A DNA stretch of 64,000 nt, taken from contig CAVTRN010000002.1 of assembly GCA_963737155.1 (NCBI GenBank), forward strand, positions 1,120,001 to 1,184,000, in the 5' to 3' direction. This document shows positions 10,537-21,824 of this stretch, piece by piece; positions within the stretch are counted from its first letter, which is position 1; each line of letters begins with the position of its first letter. The notes below the pieces were generated by a model that searched no databases, was not told the DNA's origin, and saw nothing but the letters and a program-made list of their open reading frames with translations. Source of the DNA: Nitrospirota bacterium. Its GTDB lineage: Bacteria; Nitrospirota; UBA9217. The translations under genes and the position numbers were made by a program.

Positions 10537-11442
10537 ATGTTCGGTGTTTTTCGCAGTCTGAACGACGGGCTTGCAAAAACAAGAAAAAATCTGACCGATA
10601 AAATCGGCAAGGCGATCCTCGGCGAGAAAATTGATGAAGCACTTCTCGACGAACTGGAAGAGGCGCTGATTTCATCCGATGTCGGTGTCGAGACCTCTTC
10701 GCTTGTGCTCAGGGACCTGAAGGAACGCTTCAAACGCAATGAGCTTACCTCTCCCCAGCAGGTAAAGGACCGGCTTAAGCAAATCCTGATTGAAATCCTG
10801 TCAGCGCGGCCATCAACCTTTTCCCTAAATGCCGCCCCCGCGATCGTGCTCGTCGTTGGCGTCAATGGAACGGGAAAAACAACCACGATCGGTAAGCTGG
10901 CCTTCCGCCTTCGGGCGGAAGGGAAAAAAGTCATGCTTGCAGCGGGAGATACGTTCCGTGCAGCAGCGTCAGAACAGCTTTCGATCTGGGGTGAGCGTGC
11001 TGGTATCCCGGTGATCAAGCACAAAGAAGGAGCCGATCCTGGCGCCGTCGTGTTCGATGCTATTGCGGCCGCAAAAGCGCGTACTGTCGATATACTTATT
11101 GTAGACACGGCCGGCAGACTGCATACGAAGTCGAACCTCATGGAAGAACTCAAAAAAGTAAATCGCATTATATCGCGTGAGTTGCCGGGTTCCCCCGACG
11201 AGACCCTTCTGGTCCTTGATGGAAGCACTGGCCAGAATGCGCTTGTGCAAGCAAAAATGTTTAATGAGGCGGTTGGCATTACCGGCATCGTACTCACGAA
11301 GCTTGACGGCACGGCGAAAGGCGGCATCGTGTTTGCCATCAACAAAGAGCTGGGGATTCCGGTAAAATTTTTGGGAATCGGCGAGGCGATCGAGGATCTG
11401 AAGAGCTTTGATCCACAAGAGTTCGTCAACGCGCTGCTGTGA
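10537..11442 (+). CDS. ftsY: SRP receptor GTPase
   Basis: GVNGTGKTTT, DTFRAAA, DTAGR, TKLDGTAKGG. Confidence 0.98.
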   Translation: MFGVFRSLNDGLAKTRKNLTDKIGKAILGEKIDEALLDELEEALISSDVGVETSSLVLRDLKERFKRNELTSPQQVKDRLKQILIEILSARPSTFSLNAAPAIVLVVGVNGTGKTTTIGKLAFRLRAEGKKVMLAAGDTFRAAASEQLSIWGERAGIPVIKHKEGADPGAVVFDAIAAAKARTVDILIVDTAGRLHTKSNLMEELKKVNRIISRELPGSPDETLLVLDGSTGQNALVQAKMFNEAVGITGIVLTKLDGTAKGGIVFAINKELGIPVKFLGIGEAIEDLKSFDPQEFVNALL

Positions 11443-11502
11443 ACAAAGGGGAAGGAAGCTATTGGCGGTTTTCTCACTCCCTCTGCATGTATCGGAGAAA
11501 CC

Positions 11503-11790
11503 ATGGAACGGGTTCAGGTTGAGATCTATGGCCAAATATACAGCTTAAAAGGCACGGACGATCCCTCCCGCATACGCGAGCTTGCCGCGTACGTCGACGC
11601 GAATATGAAGAACATCGAAAAAGGGACCGGCACCGTCGATTCTCTCCGGGTCGCTATCCTGACTGCGCTCACCATTGCCGACGAACTCTTTCGTTTGAGA
11701 GTGCAATACAGCGAACTCGGGATGACTGCTGATAATGCGGTGAATCGCATCCTCAGTATTACGGAGCATATCGGAGATGCTTGTCAGTGA
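11503..11790 (+). CDS. zapA: Cell division protein ZapA
   Basis: VEIYGQIYSL, LAAYVD, AILTALTIADEL. Confidence 0.9.
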   Translation: MERVQVEIYGQIYSLKGTDDPSRIRELAAYVDANMKNIEKGTGTVDSLRVAILTALTIADELFRLRVQYSELGMTADNAVNRILSITEHIGDACQ

Positions 11791-11948
11791 ACACCGCCCC
11801 AGTTAATACCGGGTGATGTCATTATTAAATATAGAATGTATGCAACTTGAAACTCGCCGATTGTACGTATGCTTAGCTGCCATCCCGCCACTTTTACTCT
11901 TGCCATTTTCTGTTGATTCTGGTATATATACATCAAGAATGAGGAAAA

Positions 11949-12132
11949 GAGTCCCCCTGCTTTGCGCGTGATAGATATAACTTGTTCCTCGTGAAAAAAA
12001 ATTAAAGGGAGCTATCTTCTGGAAAGGGTGTGCATGCCCAGGCAAGACTGGGAAGCCTGAACTTTTCATTATGGCGCCCACCTGGCGTAGACCAGGAATC
12101 AAGTCTATCTACACGGCAAAAGCGGGGGATTT
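11949..12132 (+). ncRNA. ssrS: 6S RNA
   Basis: Ends pair (gagtccccctgctttgc / gcaaaagcgggggattt); ~184-nt rod with central bubble; conserved position between zapA and rny. Confidence 0.88.
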
Positions 12133-12675
12133 TTATATAGTTCTTTTTTAGTATGGTCGGAGTCGAAAAATCCTTCGAACCATTGGAACTCTTTAATTAA
12201 ATAAAGAATAATAGCGCATGCTTTTGAAAGGGGCGAATGTAAGGAAGGCTCCGGCGCTTGTGATAGCCATGTAACAGCGGTTTCTTGGTATTGAAAAGAG
12301 TCAGGATATCAATTTGGATCGGCCTTCAATACCTCAATACCGCACGAAAATTGTTTGACCGTCTGGGAAACATATTAAGATCATGGGGAAATTCTCAAAA
12401 ATTGCTTATAGACAACGAGGGGGGCATCGGAGAGTGTGTTCCGGGAAGCTGCTTATATATAATTGTGCTGGTGCTGTCAGCATAGGCAGCCGTACGGTAC
12501 AATTCCCGGGAAAGTCAACTGGTTCCCCGCATCTTTCATTTTCCCCAAATTTCATGGTATGTTCTGATACGGTTTAACGCCGTTCTTTTCGTCCGCTATC
12601 GCGCGCCCACCAAGCCCTCCCGAAATAATTCTGTTGGGTCTCAAGAACTTCAAAAAGAATGTTTCTCAGGAAACT

Positions 12676-13971
12676 ATGTACCCAGAACCGTCGGAGCCGC
12701 CGCTCGCGTGGAAAATGCGTCCCCGTGACCTGAGCGAGTTCGTAGGTCAGGAGCATATTCTCGGCGCGGGCAAGCTTCTTCGCAGGGCCATTGAAACTGA
12801 CCGGTTCATGTCGCTTATTCTCTACGGCCCCCCGGGCGTAGGTAAGACGGCGCTGGCGCACCTGATCGCGGAGAGAAGCCGCGCTCATTTCGTGTCGCTT
12901 AATGCTGTTACCGCAGGAGTTGCCGACATCCGGAAAGTGTCCCAAGAGGCCGCCGAAGAGCGCGGGCGAAGCGGTGAAAGAACCATTCTTTTTATCGATG
13001 AGATCCATCGTTTTACGCGCGTGCAGCAAGACGCGCTCCTGCCCGATGTGGAACGAGGCAATATAACCCTCATCGGCGCGTCGACTTCGAATCCCTTTTT
13101 CGCAATTATTCCCGCGCTTTCATCCCGCTCCCAGATTTTCGAATTCAAGCCTCTCGGGGATGAAGACCTCAGAACGCTGATTCTCCGGGCACAGTCGAAC
13201 AAGGAGCGGGGCCTCGGAAATCTTCAGATGGTGCTTACTGCTGCAGCGCTCGATTTTCTGGTCGCCCGATCGAACGGTGATGCGCGGCGCGCCCTGAATG
13301 CGCTCGAGATCGGTGCGCTGTCTACCGCGCCCGGCCCTGACGGCGTCGTAAACTACGATGTTCACATCGCCGAAGAGTCGATCCAGAAAAAGGCGCTGGT
13401 TTATGATGAAGATGAACATTACGACACGATTTCTGCCTTCATCAAAAGCATGCGGGGAAGCGATCCTGACGCGGCGCTTTACTGGATGGCGAAAATGATC
13501 GTTGCGGGTGAGGACCCCCTTTTCATTGCCCGCAGGATCGTGATAGCTGCGAGCGAAGATGTGGGGAACGCGGACCCCCGTGCGATTATGATTGCGACCG
13601 CTGCGTACCAGGCCGTGGAGCGCATAGGCATGCCCGAGGGTGCGCTTCCGCTGGCGCAGGCTGCAACATACATCGCGTCGGCGCCCAAAAGCAATGCATC
13701 GTACCTAGGCATAAAGCAGGCGATGAAGGACATTGAAGAAGGCACACTCTTGCAGGTCCCGGATCATCTGAAGGATGCCCATTATAAGGGCGCCGGACGG
13801 CTCGGCAGAGGCAGGGGATACAAGTATCCGCATGATTTTCCGGGTCACTATGTGGCCCAGGATTACCTCCCGCAGAAGCGGGAGTATTACAGGCCCACGG
13901 AGCAAGGTGAGGAAAAGAGGATCAAGGAACGTCTTGCCGGGCTGAAAGGGAAACATCAGGAGGGAGCATGA
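12676..13971 (+). CDS. rarA: Replication-associated recombination protein A (MgsA)
   Basis: [43 protein letters not shown]. Confidence 0.96.
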   Translation: MYPEPSEPPLAWKMRPRDLSEFVGQEHILGAGKLLRRAIETDRFMSLILYGPPGVGKTALAHLIAERSRAHFVSLNAVTAGVADIRKVSQEAAEERGRSGERTILFIDEIHRFTRVQQDALLPDVERGNITLIGASTSNPFFAIIPALSSRSQIFEFKPLGDEDLRTLILRAQSNKERGLGNLQMVLTAAALDFLVARSNGDARRALNALEIGALSTAPGPDGVVNYDVHIAEESIQKKALVYDEDEHYDTISAFIKSMRGSDPDAALYWMAKMIVAGEDPLFIARRIVIAASEDVGNADPRAIMIATAAYQAVERIGMPEGALPLAQAATYIASAPKSNASYLGIKQAMKDIEEGTLLQVPDHLKDAHYKGAGRLGRGRGYKYPHDFPGHYVAQDYLPQKREYYRPTEQGEEKRIKERLAGLKGKHQEGA

Positions 13972-15527
13972 TGATTGTGTATATTGTACTATTGGTGGTA
14001 GGAATGGCCGGAGGATTCAGCCTGGGGCTGCTGATCAAGGGGAAGGTCGCCGCCGGCAAAATCCGCGACGCCGAGGGTGAGGCCGCGAAGATCATTGCGA
14101 ATGCCGAACGAGAGGCAGAAACAAAGCGCAAAGAAACGGTGCTTGAAGCCAAAGACAAACTCTACCAGGCACGGGCGGATATTGAGAAAGAAAACCGTGA
14201 AAAGCGACAGGAGATCCAGAACCAGGAACGCCGCCTCACGCAAAAGGAAGAAAATCTTGAAAAGAAAGTGGACTTTGTTGAAAAGCGGGAATCCGATGTC
14301 ATCCGTCGTGAACGGGAACTGACGGCGCGGGAAAAGGTTGCGACCGAGAAGGAAGAGCGGTTTGAGATGGGACTTCGCGAGCAACGCCTGATGCTAGAGA
14401 AAATCGCAAATATGACCGCGGAAGAGGCCAAACGCCAGCTCATGATGTCCATGGAGGATGAAGCGAAGCATGAGGCGGCTAAGACCATCAAGCGGATTGA
14501 GGACGAGGCCAAGGATGAGGCCGACAAAAAGTCGAAGAACATCATCAGCCTTGCGATCCAGCGCTATGCGAGCGACTATGTCGCCGAAGCCACCGTGTCG
14601 GTCGTCAACCTCCCGAATGACGAAATGAAGGGCAGGATCATCGGACGCGAAGGAAGAAACATCAGGGCTATTGAAGCGGCGACGGGGATTGATCTGATTA
14701 TTGATGATACTCCGGAGGCGGTCATTCTCTCGTGCTACGACCCGCTTCGCCGGGAAATCGCGCGGCTCACCATCGAAAGGCTGATTCAGGACGGCAGGAT
14801 CCATCCTGCGCGAATAGAGGAGATTGCCGAAAAGGTCAAAAAAGATCTCGACATCACAATGAAAGAAGAAGGCGAGAAGGCGGCTTTTGATCTTGGCATT
14901 CATAACATGCATCCCGAGATTATCAAACTAATCGGCAGGCTTAAATACCGTACGAGTTACGGACAGAACGTGCTCATGCATTCCCGTGAGGTGGCCTACT
15001 TCGCCGGCATCATGGCAGCCGAGTGTGGTGTGGATCAGAAGCTGGCACGGCGTGCGGGCTTGCTGCATGATCTGGGCAAGGCTATCGACCACGAGGTAGA
15101 GGGGACCCATCCCCAGATCGGCAGCGACCTTGCGAAAAAATACGGCGAGTCGGCCAAAGTGATCAATGCCATTATGACCCACCACGGCGACGGTGAACCG
15201 AACTGTGTCGAGTCCGTGCTCGTATCGGCGGCAGATGCGCTTTCAGCGGGAAGGCCAGGTGTGCGCCGCGAGACGCTTGAGAGTTACCTCAAACGGCTGG
15301 AGCAGCTTGAGTCGGCGGCAAATTCCTTCAAGGGCGTGGATAAGTCCTACGCTATTCAGGCAGGCCGCGAAATCAGGATTATTGTAAAGCCTGAGGATCT
15401 TTCGGACGCTCATTCAGCCCAGCTTTCAAGGGACATCGCCAAAAAGATCGAGCAGGAACTCTCCTATCCCGGCCAGATCAAGGTAACGGTAGTTCGGGAG
15501 AGCAGATATGTGGAGTACGCAAAGTAA
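13968..15527 (+). CDS. rny: Ribonuclease Y
   Basis: N-terminal TM, coiled coil, KH domain ([13 protein letters not shown]), HD domain (LLHDLGK). Confidence 0.98.
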   Translation: MMIVYIVLLVVGMAGGFSLGLLIKGKVAAGKIRDAEGEAAKIIANAEREAETKRKETVLEAKDKLYQARADIEKENREKRQEIQNQERRLTQKEENLEKKVDFVEKRESDVIRRERELTAREKVATEKEERFEMGLREQRLMLEKIANMTAEEAKRQLMMSMEDEAKHEAAKTIKRIEDEAKDEADKKSKNIISLAIQRYASDYVAEATVSVVNLPNDEMKGRIIGREGRNIRAIEAATGIDLIIDDTPEAVILSCYDPLRREIARLTIERLIQDGRIHPARIEEIAEKVKKDLDITMKEEGEKAAFDLGIHNMHPEIIKLIGRLKYRTSYGQNVLMHSREVAYFAGIMAAECGVDQKLARRAGLLHDLGKAIDHEVEGTHPQIGSDLAKKYGESAKVINAIMTHHGDGEPNCVESVLVSAADALSAGRPGVRRETLESYLKRLEQLESAANSFKGVDKSYAIQAGREIRIIVKPEDLSDAHSAQLSRDIAKKIEQELSYPGQIKVTVVRESRYVEYAK

Positions 15528-15617
15528 CAAAAAAACAGAGGGCAAGTGACAGATAAAATAGAGGAAGGACTCGTGGCTTTTGCCCCTGTCTTTCCTCTGT
15601 TGTTTGCAGGGGGGGCA

Positions 15618-16394
15618 TTGAAGGTTCTCTTCATTGGTGACATCATTGGCGAGCCGGGCAGGAAGATGGTCCGGGCGCAGATGCGGGGTCTCGTGGACAA
15701 GCATAGCCCTGATCTCGTGATTGCAAACGGCGAGAATGCAGCAGGAGGATTCGGGATAACGTCGGAGATCGCCGAAGAGTTATTCTCTATGGGGATTCAC
15801 GTGCTCACCTCGGGCAATCATGTGTGGGATAAAAAAGAGATAGAGCCTTATCTTACGAAGCAGGACCGGCTCATCAGGCCTGCTAATTATCCGTCGGGGA
15901 ACACGGGATACGGAAGTGTGGTCATATCAACGGGCTCTGGCAAAGCAGCTGTTTTGAACCTCGAAGGCAGGGTATTCATGTCGAACCTGGAAGATCCCTT
16001 TCGTGTTGCCGAGCGCGAGATCGCGAAACTCAAAAAGGAAACGTCCGTGGTGATCATCGATTTCCACGCAGAAGCGACCTCTGAGAAAATCGCTCTTGCC
16101 TGGCACGTTGATGGTCAGGCAAGCGCCGTTATCGGCACTCATACTCATGTACAGACCGCCGACGAGCGCATTCTGTCGGCGGGAACGGCGTTTATCACCG
16201 ACGCAGGCATGACGGGACCCACGGATTCCGTTATAGGTGTGAAGAAGGAACAAGCCATAGCCCGCTTTTTATACCAGACACCGCATCGATTCGAGATTCC
16301 TAAAGGCCCTGTGCAACTAAATGCCGTTGTTATCGATGTTGACGGCGAAACGGGAAGGGCGAATTCAATAGAAAGAATCCATCTGAAATCGTAG
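15618..16394 (+). CDS. ymdB: YmdB/TIGR00282 metallophosphoesterase
   Basis: FIGDIIG, NGENAAGG, GNHVWD, DFHAEATSEK, GTHTHV; TTG start after G-rich RBS. Confidence 0.93.
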   Translation: MKVLFIGDIIGEPGRKMVRAQMRGLVDKHSPDLVIANGENAAGGFGITSEIAEELFSMGIHVLTSGNHVWDKKEIEPYLTKQDRLIRPANYPSGNTGYGSVVISTGSGKAAVLNLEGRVFMSNLEDPFRVAEREIAKLKKETSVVIIDFHAEATSEKIALAWHVDGQASAVIGTHTHVQTADERILSAGTAFITDAGMTGPTDSVIGVKKEQAIARFLYQTPHRFEIPKGPVQLNAVVIDVDGETGRANSIERIHLKS

Positions 16395-16406
16395 GGTTTA
16401 CCGGCC

Positions 16407-17642
16407 ATGGGGCAAGGTGCAAACAAGACTCACATTGCAACGGTCACTCAGCTCACAAACCAGATTAAAACTCTCCTCGAGGGCACGTTCCCGGATATCT
16501 GGGTAGAAGGAGAAATTTCGAACCTCAGTATTCCCCAATCTGGACACGCCTACTTTACGCTGAAAGACGAGCATAGCCAGATCCGGGCGGTGATGTTTCG
16601 TTCAGCGCAGCGGTATCTTAAATTCACGATTCAACATGGCATCCAAGTGATCTGCCGCGGGCGGATAAGCGTCTATGAGCCGCGTGGCGAGTACCAGTTC
16701 ATAATCGATTATATCGAGCCGAAAGGCGTGGGAGCACTTCAACTGGCCTTTGAACAGCTTAGGACGAGGCTTGAGAAGGAAGGGCTCTTCGATCTCGATC
16801 GCAAAAAAGCACTGCCACTCCTTCCTCGGCGCATCGGTATCATTACGTCTCCGACTGGCGCCGCGATCCGTGATATCCTGCGCGTGATCAAACGACGGCA
16901 CCCGAAGATGCACATCCTTATATATCCTGTGCCCGTTCAGGGAACAGAAGCCTCCCCCGCCATCGTCGAAGCATTGCGCCATTTCAGCAGCGAATTAAAC
17001 GTGGACGTCATTATTGTAGGGCGCGGAGGCGGTTCTCTGGAAGACCTGTGGGCTTTCAACGAGGAAGCCGTTGCCCGCGCCATTTATGCTTCGGCTATCC
17101 CCATCATATCCGCAGTCGGACACGAGACCGATTATACAATAGCGGACTTCGTGGCTGACTTACGCGCACCGACCCCTTCCGCAGCAGCTGAGATGGTAGT
17201 GGAAAGCGAAGCGGCGATCCTGGAAAGACTCTCCATGATGGACGCTAGCCTGCGGAGAAGCATCAGACAGACACTGGAGCGGGGACGCACGTTTCTCCGT
17301 GAACAAGTACGGCTTCTCGGTGATCCGCGGAGAAGATTGGACCAGTTTAGCCAGCACGTAGACGATTTGCTGCACCGCATTACCCTGGAACTCCAGCACC
17401 ATCTGCACCGCGAGCGCGCCCGCCTGAGTACCATGAGCGCGGGATTAGACCACTTGAACCCCCTAAGCATTCTCTCAAGAGGGTACAGTATTACAAAAAC
17501 GCATCCGGTGGGGTCCGTCATAAAAAATGCCGACATGGTAAAAACGGGCGACATGATCAGAACAAGATTGCACCAGGGAGAGGTCCTGTCTAGAGTGGAG
17601 CGGACAGATGCGGGAAACAGAGACGAAAAAAATCTGAGATGA
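16407..17642 (+). CDS. xseA: Exodeoxyribonuclease VII large subunit
   Basis: WVEGEISN, SGHAYFTLKD, GRGGGSLEDLW, GHETD, APTPSAAAE. Confidence 0.97.
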   Translation: MGQGANKTHIATVTQLTNQIKTLLEGTFPDIWVEGEISNLSIPQSGHAYFTLKDEHSQIRAVMFRSAQRYLKFTIQHGIQVICRGRISVYEPRGEYQFIIDYIEPKGVGALQLAFEQLRTRLEKEGLFDLDRKKALPLLPRRIGIITSPTGAAIRDILRVIKRRHPKMHILIYPVPVQGTEASPAIVEALRHFSSELNVDVIIVGRGGGSLEDLWAFNEEAVARAIYASAIPIISAVGHETDYTIADFVADLRAPTPSAAAEMVVESEAAILERLSMMDASLRRSIRQTLERGRTFLREQVRLLGDPRRRLDQFSQHVDDLLHRITLELQHHLHRERARLSTMSAGLDHLNPLSILSRGYSITKTHPVGSVIKNADMVKTGDMIRTRLHQGEVLSRVERTDAGNRDEKNLR

Positions 17643-17803
17643 TTCACGGTCTCTTATGAAGAGGACATGCTCACGCAGACGTTCAAGTTTTAGCGTTACA
17701 AAAAATGTAATATGTAATTGCAAAAGGGAATCTATTTCTTTCACCGATGTTTTTTTGTCGGTGTTTTTTGACACGATTGTATTATTGTGCTACCTTATAA
17801 CCT

Positions 17804-19897
17804 ATGCCAGAAGAGCTTAGACAAACCGAGACACTTTCTCCCGAAATCCATGATGTTTTGCGGAGCCTAGTCTCCGCAATCCGGGCCGTCAAACTCTATC
17901 CCCCCAATAATCCTGTTTATTCTCAATCGGTAACAAAATCCTATGAAGCACTCGCCCGTTTCCTGGCGGAGGCCCCGGAATACAACGTTCGCGTGCAAAA
18001 AACAAACTTTACCTACCGGCAAACCCCGATTGGAAAAGACGGTGAGTTGAACAAGACCATTGCCCAGGACCTCTATGCAAAAGGGCTTCGGGAAATTACA
18101 TTCAGCGCTGGCTTGAGGGAAGAAGAACTGATGGGTTTCTGCCAAGTCCTTGCCCTCTCGGCTGAAGAGCTTGCGATTAAAAGCGGAATTTCATCGATCC
18201 TCTGGGAAAAGGACGCATCCCACATCAAAGTGACCGAATCAGGACTTGACGAAGTCATTACGACAATGACAGACAGCGACCGGGAGTTCACGGCCACAGC
18301 TACATCATCTGGTGGCGTTGAACCACCGGATACCGGAAAGAAAAAGGCGGGAATACCTGGCAAAACGCTGATATTAGGAGATCTCCTAAGCAATCCTTTA
18401 GCATTTGGTGCTAGGATGCTCGAACTCGCGAAACAAACCAAAACTGATCGTGAAAGCGTGGAGGACCGCCTCTTTAACCTATATCAGCAAGCGGGGCACA
18501 AGATCCGGCAGGGGCAGCCAAGCCAGATCGAGGCTCTCTTTGAAGGCCTGGCTAAATCCGCCATGTCTCTTGAGCAGCCTTACCGCGAGGGGCTCATCGG
18601 GGGCAAGCTGTACGGGGACATGGACGCCGATCTGGCCGCTGAGCAGGAACCCCAGATCGAGAATCAGCTGCCTAGTGTGCTGCAGGAGATTCAGACAGGG
18701 CGTTTTTCCAATGCCTGGACCGTCCAGCAGGTGGCCACGCTCCTGAAAAGATCATCGTCTAAGAAAATCGAGCTTCCAACACCGCCGATTACGGCAGCCG
18801 CGCTGGTGGCGGCGCCGATTCCTGGCGACCTTAATGATATTGCACTTCAACTGTCGGAGTACAGCTCCGAAGAAATGATCGAACTCAAGGTATTGAGTGA
18901 CGCGGGGATGGAGAAGGACATCATCGAAGGGGCCATCCGGACGCTCATTCAACTTATTCCCATTGTGAAAAATCCGCAGCATTCGGTACCTTCAGAGCAA
19001 GAAATCAATTTCTTTTCCGGAATCGTCCACCAGCTCGAAGAATTGCTCAGTTATTTCCTGAGCAAAAAGGAATATGAGCAAGCCGCAAGAATCATCCGTG
19101 CGTTTCAAACTTCCGTTGACCCCGTATTCAAGCCGAGAATGGATGAGGCCCTTAAGAAGGCGGGATCAAAAACCGCCATCGTAACCGCGATCGGAGAGCT
19201 GCGGAAAAACTCAAAGAGTTCTCCTGCATATGTCAATGCATATGCGTATGTGTCCATCCTCGAACGGGAATCGACCGACGTTCTCCTGGAGATCCTGGCG
19301 GAGGAACAGGACCGGTCGGCAAGATTCTTTTATCTTGATCTGGTCAAGGACGTGGGAAGAAACCAGATCACACTGCTCGGTGAGCGTCTTTTGGACGAAC
19401 GCTGGTACTTGGTGCGCAATATCGTGAGCATCTTGGGGGAAAGTAAAACGGAACAGGCTGTTGCGCTACTCCGAAGGGCGGCGGATCATGCAAACATAAA
19501 AATTCGTCTGGAGGTTATCAAGGCACTTATCTTGATTGGCGGGAAAAAAGCGATCAGTGTCCTGGCAAAACTCCTGCGGGACAAGAACGAGGTCGTTCAG
19601 GTAACGGCGATTCGCGCCTTCGCGGATTTTCCCGGCATCGGCGTGGAGGAGTCAGCCCCTCTGGTGGCCTATCTGGAAGGGCGGGAACTTAAAAAAAAGG
19701 AACAGGAACTCACGCTTGAGGCTATCAGGGCCCTGGGGAAGATCGGCGGCCGGGACGCGGCGGAATTCCTGAAATCATATACAAGGATTCGGTGGTGGAA
19801 ATCAAGAAAACTACAGCGGGATCTTCGCGACGCCGCTAATAAATCCATGGAAGAAATTTCGGAGAGACAGGGCAATGGCGGACAGACAAAAGGATAG
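17804..19897 (+). CDS. HEAT-repeat protein
   Basis: N-terminal LYPPNNP motif; C-terminal HEAT repeats (WYLVRNIVSILG, IRALGKIG); overlaps the HD-GYP gene. Confidence 0.8.
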   Translation: MPEELRQTETLSPEIHDVLRSLVSAIRAVKLYPPNNPVYSQSVTKSYEALARFLAEAPEYNVRVQKTNFTYRQTPIGKDGELNKTIAQDLYAKGLREITFSAGLREEELMGFCQVLALSAEELAIKSGISSILWEKDASHIKVTESGLDEVITTMTDSDREFTATATSSGGVEPPDTGKKKAGIPGKTLILGDLLSNPLAFGARMLELAKQTKTDRESVEDRLFNLYQQAGHKIRQGQPSQIEALFEGLAKSAMSLEQPYREGLIGGKLYGDMDADLAAEQEPQIENQLPSVLQEIQTGRFSNAWTVQQVATLLKRSSSKKIELPTPPITAAALVAAPIPGDLNDIALQLSEYSSEEMIELKVLSDAGMEKDIIEGAIRTLIQLIPIVKNPQHSVPSEQEINFFSGIVHQLEELLSYFLSKKEYEQAARIIRAFQTSVDPVFKPRMDEALKKAGSKTAIVTAIGELRKNSKSSPAYVNAYAYVSILERESTDVLLEILAEEQDRSARFFYLDLVKDVGRNQITLLGERLLDERWYLVRNIVSILGESKTEQAVALLRRAADHANIKIRLEVIKALILIGGKKAISVLAKLLRDKNEVVQVTAIRAFADFPGIGVEESAPLVAYLEGRELKKKEQELTLEAIRALGKIGGRDAAEFLKSYTRIRWWKSRKLQRDLRDAANKSMEEISERQGNGGQTKG

Positions 19898-21305
19898 CCC
19901 CGAATATGCGAGGCAGTCTTTCTATGCCAAGCAGCAGCTGATAGAATCGGCCAAATCGACGTTTCAGCTCCTCTCGGCGGTTATTAAGAACGCGACGCTC
20001 TATCCCGAAGCCCATCCTTTTCTGCTAACTTCCGCGGACAAGTTTCGCGGTAAAATCGGCGAGTTGCTCGTCAGCCGCAAGGAAGTCGCCTTCTTTTTAG
20101 TGGGAGGAGAACTCTTCTTTGAGACCTTTTCCATCCCAATTGACCAGGGGCTGTCGATGCTGATGGAACAATTTTCTGGCAGGGATATCGGCGGGTTGGT
20201 TTTTAAGCCGGGGCTCACGTCCCCGGAGCTCATCCAGCTAGCCACACTTTTGAACAGGGAACCAGAGATTCTCTCCGGCAAGGCTGACGTCAATGACTTG
20301 ATTGCTAAGAAGGGAATCACGCATATCGAGCTTCACCGGGTTCATCTTGTGGACAAGGATACGGGAAGCGCGATCAAGGAAGAAAAGAAAAAAGCATCTG
20401 AAATGTACAGGGAGGGCCTGGTTGCCGTCAAGGAAATGGTTCAGGCGGTACAACAGGAAAAGGCGTCCAGCCTACGCAAGGTGAACACGATGGTCCAGAA
20501 CATGGTTGATTATGTTTTGGATAACCGGGACGCTCTCATGGGTCTGTGCTGCATAAAAATGTATGACGAGTACACCTTCGTTCATTCGGTGAATACCTCG
20601 ATTCTTGCAGTTTCCCTCGGGTCTTTTCTTGCTTTTGAAAAGCAGCAGATAGCCGCGCTTGGCATCGCCGCTCTTATGCATGATATCGGGAAGGTGGACA
20701 TTCCCCATGAAATTATCAACAAGCCAGGCAAACTTACCTTAGATGAGTGGGAGCAGCTTAAACGTCATCCTGTTGAGGGAGCTCTGCTGCTCGCCGACAT
20801 CCCGGGAGTATCCAAGCTGGCAATGGTGACTGCTTTCGAGCACCACCTGCATGGAGGCCAGGGCTACCCGAAGGTAGAAGACAAATTTCAACTGCATCCC
20901 TTTTCGCAGATCGTAGCCCTTGCCGACGCTTATGAAGCGTTGACGGCCGCACGCGTTTACTATAGCGTTCAGATGCCGGCCGACCATGCTATCAGGATTC
21001 TCCTAGCGAAGCGCGGAACCACCTTCAATCCCGTGCTGGTCAAGGCCTTTGTCAATATGACAGGTATCTTCCCAATCGGCACTATCCTCAAATTGGATAC
21101 TGGGGAGTTCGGGTTAGTTCGGCATCAGACGCGCGATCTCATGAGGCCACGCGTGCTGCTGCTTACCAAATTCGACGGATCGGAAAAAGAAACGGGAACG
21201 GAGACCAGCCTTTTGGAAACAGCGGGCGGAAAATTCAAGCGTTCGATAGTCGGCACCATCAATCCCTACGAGATGAAACTCAGCCTAAAGAAATATCTGG
21301 AATAG
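19875..21305 (+). CDS. HD-GYP domain protein (putative c-di-GMP phosphodiesterase)
   Basis: DEYTFVHS, HDIGK, HP..G, GQGYP, ADAYEALT. Confidence 0.9.
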   Translation: MADRQKDSPEYARQSFYAKQQLIESAKSTFQLLSAVIKNATLYPEAHPFLLTSADKFRGKIGELLVSRKEVAFFLVGGELFFETFSIPIDQGLSMLMEQFSGRDIGGLVFKPGLTSPELIQLATLLNREPEILSGKADVNDLIAKKGITHIELHRVHLVDKDTGSAIKEEKKKASEMYREGLVAVKEMVQAVQQEKASSLRKVNTMVQNMVDYVLDNRDALMGLCCIKMYDEYTFVHSVNTSILAVSLGSFLAFEKQQIAALGIAALMHDIGKVDIPHEIINKPGKLTLDEWEQLKRHPVEGALLLADIPGVSKLAMVTAFEHHLHGGQGYPKVEDKFQLHPFSQIVALADAYEALTAARVYYSVQMPADHAIRILLAKRGTTFNPVLVKAFVNMTGIFPIGTILKLDTGEFGLVRHQTRDLMRPRVLLLTKFDGSEKETGTETSLLETAGGKFKRSIVGTINPYEMKLSLKKYLE

Positions 21306-21376
21306 CCCTGCCTGGACCTTGGAGGTCCTCACTGTCTGACTGGAGGCCAGCAGCGGTGTCCTACAAAGGAACAATC

Positions 21377-21584
21377 ATGAAAATTCTTCTTGTGCTTCCC
21401 AAGCGTCAAGGGGCTTTCTGGAGTTTTAAATATTCGTTGAGGTTTATCTACAATAAGAGAGTCTTCCTCCGTTCGGATTCTGACTATTGCCGCCGTGCCG
21501 CCGGCCGAATGGGATATCCGGCTCAAGGATATAAATGTCAAAACGCTCACCGACGCCGGTTTGCACTGGGCCGATAATGCCTGA
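21377..21584 (+). pseudogene. Frameshifted, truncated remnant of a B12-binding radical SAM gene
   Basis: MKILLVLP..AFWSFKYSLRFI, then after frameshifts SLPPFG / TIAAVPPAEWDIRLKDINVKTLTDAGLHWAD, matching the typical N-terminus FWSFKHAL..PPLGLLTVAA..EW..LVDMNV..L.WAD; rest of gene absent. Confidence 0.75.
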
Positions 21585-21824
21585 AAGCTCCCCAAGGTGC
21601 CACGTAGTACCAGCGGGTTAAAAAGGAGGGAAGGCTCACGAAAGTCGGCGCCTGGCAGTAATGAGGATTATTAAATCTGAAGTGATGAGAAAATGCAAGA
21701 AACTTCTCCCGATCGTGTGTATTCTGAAAACAGAGCATACTCATAGCATCTGCATTCCTATTCGGAAATCAGCGGCGAACGGCTGTTCCCCGGTTGAGGT
21801 ATTCGGAGAGGTCGCCGCACCCCT

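Noticed and set aside
10395-11504. Long antisense ORFs (also 28519-29388, 36956-38017, 42544-43512 and others)
   Set aside because: Shadow frames of well-supported genes on the opposite strand
12133-12675. 5-formyl-THF cyclo-ligase gene often found after 6S RNA
   Set aside because: No recognisable ORF or remnant; short ORFs here lack motifs
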